The notes beneath the pieces were generated by a model. That model had not been told where the DNA came from. It was given only the letters and a program-made list of their open reading frames with translations, and did no database searches. Position numbers and translations under genes: made by a program. Shown here piece by piece: positions 11,194 through 21,167 of a stretch of DNA of 64,000 nt. Each line of letters begins with the position of its first letter. Within the stretch, counting starts at the first letter, position 1. The stretch is from Octopus sinensis (taxonomy: Eukaryota), in NCBI RefSeq assembly GCF_006345805.1, contig NC_043012.1:44764001-44828000 (forward strand). Reading direction: 5' to 3'.

Positions 11194-12865
11194 GTGGGCA
11201 ATTATGGAATGAATTTTTGGGCTTATAAATCTAATATTTTCCTATCATTCCTTAATATCGGTTCCCATATACTATTCATATCTGCACTCGGTCTGCTTAG
11301 GGGGTTGTTGTGTCTTAGCATTTGTGCTGCTTCTTTTAGTTTTCGTGTTTCCAGTGGTGTTCTCTGTCTATTATTTTAACTTCATCCCACAGGAGGAGGT
11401 GGTCTCCGTTTTCCATAATGATCAGCTATACCCGATTTATCAATATCTCCTCGTGTCACAGTTTTGTGATGTTCGTCAACCCTTATTTTGAGGGGACGGC
11501 ATGGGATGGAGTAAACGCAGTGTTTGGTCATATTCTTTTCTATTGGTGGTTTTACTCGAAGGAGATATTTGCGAAGTGTTGAATACCGTCCTGATGTCAT
11601 ATGGGCCGCATATCTTTTGTATCTTTTCGAAGAGGTCTTTCACATATGGTAGACAAACTGAGGTCAGTTTATGGGTTTCATCGTCTCTTTTCTTCATAAC
11701 TGGAGTGGATAGTATGTTTTTGGGGTAGTTGTTGCTTAATAGATTGTTACTTAGCTTGATCATTTCTTCGTAGTGTGTATCACGATCGCTACTTATATTC
11801 TTTGCACGATGTTCTAGGCACTGAGCAATCCCTCTCTTTACACTGTATAGATGGTTGGAATTGAAGTTGAGGCATCGTCCATTGAAGGTTGGCTTGCGGT
11901 ATACGGCTGTCCTGGATCCATACTTGGTGCGTGTTATTAATACGTCCAGGAATGCTAGCTGATTATCGTTTTCCTTTTCCATTGAGAACTGTATGTATGG
12001 CTTTATTGAGTTCACATGATCTAACAGTATTTGAAGATCTTCCTGGTGGGACCAGAGTGTAAAGGTGTCATCAACATATCGCTTCCATAGGGTTGGTTTT
12101 AATGGTGTTGACCCTACAGCTAAATTCTCAAAGTATTCCATGTATATATAATGGTTATTATCAGTGATAATGGCGAACCCATAGCTAAACCCTCTTCTAA
12201 TAGATACATATCAGTGTCCATTCTGAAGTAGGTAGTTTCCAAACAGAAGGCCAACATTTCCATCAAGTTTCCTATTGGTATACTAGTATGTTCTTTTAGA
12301 TGGGTGTCTGTCACTAGTTTCTCTTGAATCACCGATAGTGCTTCACCAGTTGGGACTTTGGTGAACAGGCTTATCACATCTAGACTCACCATCTGGTTGG
12401 ATTCAATGAGGGTATCCTTGATCAGTTCTGTGAAAGGGGTGGAATTATTCACGTACGATGTTGACTTTCCTGCTAATGGACTGATTATATCCACAAGGAA
12501 GCGCCTCAATGAATGACATGCTGAACCTCTACAGCTCACTATAGGTCTTAATGGAATCCTTGTGAATCTTAGGGAGACCGTATATGTGTGGTAGTTATCT
12601 GTACTTCATTGGTATAAAATAATCCTTGTTCTTGATCAAAATTTTTTGACAACATCCTCTGTTTTCAGAGTTGGGTCTTTCTTTACTTTGCTGTAGTTAC
12701 CATCACTTATGAAACTTACCAGTTTTTCAGATTAGTCAGACTTGGTCATCACCACTGTAGAATTTCCGTTGTCCGCTGGAAGTATTATGATGGAATTGTT
12801 GCTCTGTAGTATTTTGATAGCAAACTTTTCTTCCTTAGTGATGTTTGGTTTGGGAAATTCCCCAA

Positions 12866-12911
12866 GATACCTGATGAAGGCTGGATAGTATATCAGCCGA
12901 AACGTTGTATT
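12866..12911 (+). ncRNA. Minimal type I hammerhead ribozyme motif in the inverted Penelope pLTR
   Basis: GATAC CTGATGA A GGCTG-GATAGTATAT-CAGCC GAAA CG T T GTATT. Helix I is GATAC/GTATT and helix III is the palindromic ACGT. Confidence 0.7.
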
Positions 12912-13196
12912 AACAACACACAAGATGAAGACAAATATCAGTCAAATGTAAATAATATAAATAATTTATTTATTGAAAAGATTGGCATGACATACATTCT
13001 ATTTCATCAACTATCCACAAAACGAGACTGAGTCTAACGGCTTCGGCTTTCCTTATTAACCATCGACTAACCTTCATTTCACTCTTTCTATGATGAATTG
13101 TTTGAATTAGTACATTATTTTAAATTTTCAAATAATACCAGCAGTTTCTAGCATAAACCTGTTAAAATATTCCTGAAATTTCGGGGGCAGGGATAC

Positions 13197-13215
13197 AATT
13201 GAGGGTATAAACCCA

Positions 13216-13283
<68 letters not shown>

Positions 13284-13302
13284 TGGGTTTATACCCTCAA
13301 TT
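13197..13302. repeat. Perfect 106-bp palindrome: 22-bp arms around (AT)31
   Basis: AATTGAGGGTATAAACCCAAAC-(AT)31-GTTTGGGTTTATACCCTCAATT. Confidence 0.95.
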
Positions 13303-13659
13303 AATATTATAAAACTTTTCCTACCCAACATGCAGTTCGAAAAAGCCCGCCATTTACCGAATATATGATTTATAACATCTCCATGTGCTTCGCCGGAGAG
13401 AGCAGATGTCTGTTCGACTTCGCCAGGTAATGTTGGTCGTTTATTTATGATATGTTCAGAATCAGTTCTACTGATGAACATAGACGTATTTTTATGCGTT
13501 AAGTGTGAAATCACAGGTGATATAGAACTAAATTCATTTTTTAAATGTCTTGCTTTGAAGAACTGCATTAAGTACGATTAGTGATATTTTGGTAGTAATG
13601 ACTTATGTCCCTCTTAGTGTGAGGAATTTATGTGTAATAATGCCCTCTATACAATATAA

Positions 13660-13698
<39 letters not shown>

Positions 13699-13717
13699 TG
13701 AGGGTATAAATCGAAAC
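13281..13717 (+). mobile_element. ~440-bp unit bounded by 28-bp inverted termini and containing a hammerhead
   Basis: 13281-13308 and 13690-13717 are inverted with 3 mismatches; microsatellites flank the unit. Confidence 0.55.
13464..13529 (+). ncRNA. Type I hammerhead ribozyme, complete core
   Basis: Helix I AGTTCTA/TAGAACT (7 bp), CTGATGA, helix II ACAT..GTGT with inner ACGTA/TGCGT, GAAA, helix III TCA-CAGG-TGA, and an AUA cleavage triplet ending at 13522. Confidence 0.8.
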
Positions 13718-13767
13718 ACACACACATGCACACAAAACGATGTGTCAACACTAACAATGTGTAAGTA

Positions 13768-13969
13768 TGAGCAGAATTAGGTAAGTTGTACTATGTTTGC
13801 TTAAAGGCAAATACACCGTAGTTACCTAATAGATCGCGACACTGAGCGAACTGGATGGTTTCACACCTTTTTACCGAGAGATTTATTCTCCACAGTAGCT
13901 GCAGTGTATTTGCCTTTTATCAGTTGATGTATGCGACAAACATATCCCAATTAACCTAAATTCTGCTCA
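13768..13969. mobile_element. MITE with ~21-bp TIRs and TA flanks (Tc1/mariner-type)
   Basis: TA|TGAGCAGAATTAGG...CCTAAATTCTGCTCA|TA, plus an internal inverted pair at 13803-13816 and 13904-13917. Confidence 0.7.
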
Positions 13970-14039
13970 TATAAATATATAATATATATACACGCGGAAG
14001 TTTATGCCGATAGGCATCGCGGAGGCAGCAACACGCACG

Positions 14040-14103
<64 letters not shown>

Positions 14104-14290
14104 GACACACACACACACGCACAGACACACACACACATATGCACATATTCATGCATGTGTACTTGTGTATGTGTGTTACACAGAGAAGTGGTGGAAGAGA
14201 GAGAGAGAAATTGGGAAAACACACATAGAAGGAGAGACAAAGTCGAGATGTTAACAATAATTAGTTACTGTTTGCACATTTCATTTACAG

Positions 14291-14362
14291 CTAATAGTGA
14301 GAGTTGCAAAAATTGTAAAGAAGCAGATCCAAACTTTAAAGACATTAAAGCAAATTAGAGAG
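14291..14362 (+). CDS. Candidate 72-nt internal exon of an unidentified host gene (LIVRVAKIVKKQIQTLKTLKQIRE)
   Basis: Acceptor TTTGCACATTTCATTTACAG, donor GAG|GTAACT, length divisible by 3, and only one open frame. Confidence 0.5.
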
Positions 14363-15439
14363 GTAACTTGTTTTGAATGATGTTGAGCAACTTGTAAATT
14401 GACATGGCGAGATATAAGAGCCTTAACAACGGATACCGAATAGCATCAAGAAGCTACCTGTCTCTTAGCTATGTTAACGTGGGAGCATCTGTGAATTCTA
14501 CTGAAGAGAAAAGACACACATTTTTGTGTATGCATAAATATGTTTATATGCACATTATATGTACATTATATATACACACAAACACATAGACATACATACA
14601 TACATACACACACAGACAGACAGAGACACACACACACAGATATACATACATATACGCACATATGTATGTTTGTATGCATGTAGAAAAATCGTTACTAATC
14701 CATACAAATTATAGCACAGGAGAAGAGGAAAAGTAAATGAAGTTGAAAAATGCATTATGCAACAAATCTCGACGTTCACTATAACATACACATTTAAAAA
14801 TCTTACAAATGTGAAACCGGTTAAGTAAATTAAATGAGTGTTCATATATACACTCACGCACACACACATATGTAAAGCTCACACACACATGTATATGTGT
14901 ATATATGTATACGTGTCGGTTTATATACATGCATATTTGTATTTATATATATACTTACATATAAATACACACACACACACATATTCATGCATTTATCCAC
15001 ATACAGCATACACATTTTGACACACATGCACACACGTACACACACACACTCATATATGTGGTGTGTTATACATTTCATTTTTCAAGTTTCCATAATCTAC
15101 GGCCAAATTATCAACACTTGAGTATTTGATGATGCATAAAAAATTCTACTTTTTTGTCTCTTTCATAGGAGATTAAGGAAATTCAGCATCGAAAAATAGG
15201 GTAACAACTCGTATATGTAAAACCTATTTGAAATATAAGACATTTTATACAGATTCATAAAAAAGTGAGATTCGTTATTAAGAAAGGAGAACGTTTACAC
15301 GTGCGGTGTATCATTTAACATTTAAATAGAAACACATGCTCACATACCCACACATATGTATGTATATACACTTAAATATACAACGCGTATGTATATATTC
15401 ATACAAAAGCGTTGCACCGTAGTATCAAGTTTTGCTTCC

Positions 15440-15700
15440 AAAACACATGGTTCTGTATTTAGACCCACTGCATGGCACCTTGGGCAAGTGTCTTATAGTG
15501 TAATTCTCGGCTGACTAAAGCCTTATGAGTGGATTTGGTAAACTGAAACTGAAAGAAGCCGTTATGTATATATAGATATGTATGTGTGTATCTATGCATG
15601 TGTGTGTATGTATGTGTATGTGTGTTTGTGGGTCTTTGTGTTTGTCCCCGACAACCACTTGACAACCATTGTTGGTTTGCTTATGTCCCCATAATCTATC
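15440..15700 (+). mobile_element. Diverged SINE family A copy
   Basis: CCACTGCATGGCACCTTGGGCAAGTGTC..GAGTGGATTTGGTA..GAAACTGAAAGAAGCC. Confidence 0.8.
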
Positions 15701-15845
15701 GATAAAGCGTTTCAAACGTTTGAACACTTTGACTGAATGAGGTTTACGTAACGGATGCGTTTCCTATTGTATATTAGACAAACCTGAAACGTACGTGTTA
15801 AATGATTTCAAAATATCACTATTTAGGTTTTATTTACTATTACAA

Positions 15846-15888
<43 letters not shown>

Positions 15889-15897
15889 TATGTATGG

Positions 15898-15961
<64 letters not shown>

Positions 15962-17099
15962 GTCACATATCATTTGCATATGTAGCGATTCTGTAATTAC
16001 AACACATCGCATTTAGAAAGCGAAACTAGCTCCTGCCCCAACCTACTCCCACAAAAAATGTTTTCATAATCCTGCATGATCACGGTTTCATTTCTGATTT
16101 AAACCGCGACCATATTGCTTCAGGTACATTATTCCTACATATATATAAATTCCCCCGTAAGAATATAAGCATACATACATACATACATACATACATACAT
16201 AATACATACATACATACATACATACATACAACATACATACATACATAACATACATACATACATACATACATAATACATACATACATAATACATACATAAT
16301 ACATACATACAAATGTATGTACACACGCATACACCCACACGCGCACCCACACATACTTACAAGTACGCACAAACATGTAGAAATCGTGCACCGATATCGC
16401 AAATAGATCAAGCAGATTACAGTGTTACATCGCCAAAGGTTTTGTCTCAGTAGGCTGATACCCTAAAATTATAATTACTTTCTGCAAATATTATTCTCTG
16501 TTTTCCCCTCATTGTCTACCTGTAAGTGATTCTTAGGGTTCACAATGAGTTGACATGCTTCACGAGGAAGTAATCAAACATGTCGTCTGCCAGAACTGAA
16601 CTAACTTTTATTAGACGCATTCGATGCAATCGTTCGTGCTAATCAGACTGTCCCCCAAATCAGTACCTAATTAGCCTTGTCTTGTCGTACCAGTTAGGCG
16701 CTTAGTATAATTATTAGTTCATTAAGATAGCCTGTTTACATGTAACGGGTCATTCAACCTATCGTTTCTTAATTAAATTATTCTACTCCAGCAATCAGAT
16801 TATCTCTTCACAATTAAACCAATTAAGTAGTCTTGTTCGCTGAATCAATCAACTAATTAAATCATTATTATCTAATTAACATTATTCTACCCTCATCTAT
16901 CAAAATACTTCCGTTAACCTTTATATCCATCTGTTTAGTAAATGTCAAGTTAACTGAATTCAACCAGTTAAACTATCCCAAGATTTTAACATGTATAATT
17001 TTGCAACAGCAGCTAGGACAGGAATAACATTTACAAGACTTTCGTCACTTATGACAACTGCTGTAACAACTTCAACAAGATTACAATGATTTATTAATA

Positions 17100-17269
17100 C
17101 AAGCAAAAAGCCTTTCCCTTGGATAACATTGGTGGCCTTGAGAGGGGAAACTGGTGTGCATGGCGATTGTTGGTCTTCCACAAACAACCTTGCCCAGACT
17201 TGTGCCTCGGAGGGGAACTTTCTAGGTGCAATCCCATGGTCATTCGTGACCGAAGGGAGTCTTTACCCT
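17100..17269 (+). mobile_element. SINE family C, 3' fragment
   Basis: Matches the 3' half of the 51159-51499 copy, ending GACCGAAGGGAGTCTTTACCC. Confidence 0.85.
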
Positions 17270-17339
17270 TTCGCAGGCAAAATGTAAAAATCACTGCTCA
17301 TATCAAGAAAACATTATTACATCTCATCCTCCTTTAAAG

Positions 17340-17720
17340 AAGACCAGCATAAAAATAGATCCTTTGAGAAAGAACAACCTTAACGCAACTAGGAACACAT
17401 CTCAAAGACTGGATCTTCTCTTTAGAGCCAGAAATAGCTTCACCCCCCCCCCCCAACGATTACTGATTCCCTACAAAGGTCAAGTGTTGTCGACATTTGA
17501 ATAATACTCCAGCATTTGGGACGGTATGGACTTTACAAGCACAGACATTCTCGACTGCACCTAGAGTATGGCTCCTCGACTGATATGCATAAAGTCATAC
17601 GATATAGTCTCTTACCCATATAAGTCCTGTCTCCACACTCTCCTTTTTCTATCGCCATTACACTGACCTCTGCTCCTCTGAACTGACTAGTCTTGCGCCA
17701 CACTGGCATTCAGGCACTTC
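17340..17720 (+). mobile_element. Decayed CR1/L2-group LINE, C-terminal RT fragment
   Basis: LDLLFRARNSF, IPYKGQVLSTFE*YSSIWDG and FFYRHY motifs across frameshifts. Confidence 0.5.
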
Positions 17721-17929
17721 CAGTTCACTTGTTTTTTCTTCTCATATCACTCAATTCGTGTTTCATCACTCAGATCTAGTAATAAGTATTAACTCATTCT
17801 TTCCTCTAAAGAACATTGATCTTTTGGCTCTTCCTCTATGCTTATGTCTTTCTTACACACATACATATGTACACATTATGTTGAACAAAGTGAATTGAAC
17901 AACATATTACTGTTTCGAAAGTTTTCGTA

Positions 17930-18370
17930 AGTCCCCTGTTGGCTTCCAGTCATTGCACCGGCCTTTTAATTCTGATGGGCGATGAACGCATCCCTAAGCA
18001 GGTTTTTTATGGTGAGCTATCTGTTGGGAAGTGACCTCAGTAAAAAGGGAAAAAAAGATATATAGAATTGCCGAAAACCAGTCTTGAAGAGTTGAATATC
18101 TCCTACAATAATACTGAAACTATTGCTGTTGAAATAAATGTCGAAAAAAAAGATCTGGTTCAAGGTAAAAGATTTTGAAAAAAACCCCCAAAAAACAACA
18201 ACAACAAAACAAAACAAAAAACAAGTAAAGTATGCAAAAACGAAAGATAATTATTGAAAGTAGCATCTAGCTAAACACAGAAATAGTGTCATCCTTCACT
18301 TGCTCAGAGTCTGGTAAGAATAACCTTTCTAAGCCAGGTTCAACTTCACATCTCAGAACTCATCTACATA
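17930..18370 (+). mobile_element. Decayed RTE-clade LINE C-terminus
   Basis: MGDERIPKQVFYGELSVGK..KKRY and a terminal C2H2-like FTCSESGK..TSHLRTH. Confidence 0.65.
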
Positions 18371-18979
18371 CAGCTGACCCAAATGACACAAATATCATTC
18401 CAGCAGATATGCTCATTTGCCATATTTTTTTGACCCAGAAGCCATTTACGTGCTCATGCACGTAAAAAGCACATTTAACAAAAACTGTTCAAGCTTTAAA
18501 GGCACATACTACCTCTAAATATACTCATAGATATATGCATATATAGTTAAGTACATACTTTTCACAGTTAAGCTTAATTGCATGTTTATTAAAAAGCTAT
18601 ATCTTACGTGTCAAATAAGCCCAAATAACTTTATAGTGCCCAATTAATTAATTAATTAATTGATTAATTAATTAATTAAGTAACTAATACATGTCAGTGT
18701 ATCTACTGATCTGTCCTAATTTACAGCCTAATTATCTTTCCGTGGACAGAAGACGTGTAATCTCCCAGTATGATCATTTTCTCCTGCTCACAGAGAAACA
18801 AAATTACTGGTGTAATCACCGTTTACTATTTAAATCGGAGCTAAATGATCAACAACCGTTATATTGTTGCACTGTTTATTGATTAATTAATCCAGTTGAT
18901 CAGCGCTTGTCTTGTTCTGGTATTGCAGATTTGCCAGACTACTTTTCGTTTTGATTGAGTTTATATACATATCCGGAAT

Positions 18980-19737
18980 GTTGCCATAGTAACGAAGCTA
19001 AAGCACGCAGAGTGAAGTCGCTCGTCACAGATCAACCTTCAACTCTGCTGTGCATGTCCACTAAGTTTTAACGTTCCAGCTCACTTCCGCTGTTTACAAA
19101 AGTGCTTCGAAGAAAGGTGTATAGCGTGTGATCGTCGCATTGACCATAGCAGGAAAAGTTGTCATGGCGATACCTGTTCAGAGGCCTACGCAAAATTGCA
19201 GAAAGTGCATGGAGAGGGGTGTATGAGCCGCCGCACACAAGTGTAGGAATATTTCAGACGTTTCCAAGAGGGCCGAAAAAATGTCGATATTGACGAACGT
19301 TCTGGGAGAGTCAGAACCAGCAGAAGCAAGGAAAACATTGCAGATGTGCGTGCAGCTGTAAGGGGAAATCGTGGAATCACCATCCGTGAGTTATCAGAGG
19401 ATGTACAGATTAGTTACGGTTCAGTTCAGCCCATTACCACTGAAGGTTTGGGTATGAGACGCGTGTTTGCTAAGTTTGTGCCAAAATTGCTTTCAGCTGA
19501 CCAAAAGGACATTCGGGTTTCAGTTGCACAAGATCTTGATTGTGTTGAGAAAGTAGGAAAACATTTTGAAAATACTGCGCAGGCCTCTGAGCAGCTATCG
19601 CCAAGCTTTTAGCAAGATTTGATGCAGATTCTCTGAGCTAGAACGTTAAAACTTAATGTGCATGCACAACAGAGTTCAAGGTCAATCTGTGCCAAGCGGC
19701 TTTACTTTGTGTGCTTTAGCTTTGTTACCATGGTAAC
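18980..19737 (+). mobile_element. Internally deleted mariner-family element with ~104-bp TIRs
   Basis: 18980-19083 and 19634-19737 are inverted. The interior encodes the N-terminal HTH (FRRFQEGR..DERSGR..ITIRELSE..GMRRVFAKFVPKLL). No catalytic domain. Confidence 0.85.
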
Positions 19738-20199
19738 AGCCAGATACCTATTGATCAGATCACGTACATTATAGTTTCCGCATAACCATTTAAAAATCAA
19801 CCAAGCTTTTAATTCAAATATATTCAATTCAATATGCTTAAGTATAATATGTTTTTAAAAATCTGCCTGATTTGTGACATCGACAGATACTTCTTTACTG
19901 AAGAAAGGCACGGAAACCGTCTTGAGTTGACTATTCATTACTGTGAAAAATACTAACCTAAGTGTAATTTGGTATGATGGTTGCAATATATTCTTCGTGT
20001 ACTTAAAGCTTCAGTGACATATTTTGACCTTAGTGGCCGATCCCATTTGATATAGTGATTCAAGCTAGCCAGCTGTCTACAAACAAGAAACAATAGTATT
20101 TTGCAAATCCTGTTTCCATTCTCACTACCATGGCAATATGATTGAGATTAGTATCAAGCGGTTCAGTAATGTGCCTTTTAGGTAGAAAGAGTAAGCAAT

Positions 20200-20700
20200 G
20201 GGGTGTATGACTTTACAATACTACTATGTTGTAGAATTGTTTTCAAGCGTTGGTTGTGGTGTATTAATGAAAGGACTAGATGCAACTGAGGCAAATTTGT
20301 GAAAAGTGCATTGATGTCATTACAATAACAGAGCGAACATTGACATGTTGTCAAATAAATATTTCTCTATCGATTGGGACTCATTTGCATATTTTGGTCA
20401 AGTAAGCTATCTTCCTTTAGACTTGAAGTATGAAGCTCTGTCTTTCCTTGAGGCAGATATAAATCTCAAGAAAGACCGTTTAAACGCTCTTGATCAAATA
20501 ACTTTGTTTCAAATTTTCTCCAATGTATTCAGGTTCTGTAGAAGCTTCCGCATCTCCACCATTTACACGTCAGCATTGTCTATATGATAAATACGTTGTC
20601 TAGAAATATTAGTCAACCATAGTATAACAGGTATATTTTTCATAAGATCCGTTGAAGCAACATGAGCGTCTTATTGATAAAGGTATCATGATAGCAGGAA
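20200..20700 (+). pseudogene. Possible decayed LRR-coding fragment
   Basis: LSNKYFSIDWDSFAYFGQVSYL and LDQITLFQIFSNVFRFCRSFRIS fit a ~24-aa LRR period. In-frame stops lie on both sides. Confidence 0.35.
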
Positions 20701-20925
20701 TATTTAGATGATTTTTTACATTTCACGAGACGTGCTGAATAAATGACAATTAGACAAGTAATTTTGCTGAAAAATTCTAAATATTTGAAATGTAATTATA
20801 AGCCCCTACCCATGTATTTTATCTAAAAACTACTGAAAAACTGAAAATAGCTTAGTAATTAGTATAAAAATGCTTTTTGGTCTGTCGAAAGTTATCTTAG
20901 AAGGAAATCTGTCTAGTAAGTGCAC

Positions 20926-20967
<42 letters not shown>

Positions 20968-21005
20968 TAATAATAATAATAATAATAATGATAATAATAA
21001 TAATG

Positions 21006-21057
<52 letters not shown>

Positions 21058-21087
21058 TGATGATGATAATAATAATAATCAGAGGAA

Positions 21088-21155
<68 letters not shown>

Positions 21156-21167
21156 TATTATTATTAT
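20926..21167. repeat. Head-to-head (AAT)n and (ATT)n microsatellites
   Basis: (AAT)n at 20926-21080, a short spacer CAGAGGA, then (ATT)n at about 21089-21167. Confidence 0.95.

Larger units (their letters stand above)
10950..12965 (-). mobile_element. Penelope-like retroelement (RT plus GIY-YIG remnant) with inverted partial LTRs
   Basis: PADNGN, SLDVISLFTKVP, GLAMGSPLS, WKRYVDDTF, LAFLDV, VYRKPT and CVYSIPC motifs in frameshifted pieces. 10960-11058 and 12862-12960 are inverted repeats. Confidence 0.92.

Noticed and set aside
18640-18680. (TTAA)n palindromic run as piggyBac footprints
   Set aside because: It is a simple tetranucleotide microsatellite with no piggyBac termini nearby.
19897-19930. 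CTGAAGA..GAAACCGTC as a further hammerhead
   Set aside because: Helix II does not close and helix I pairing is poor.
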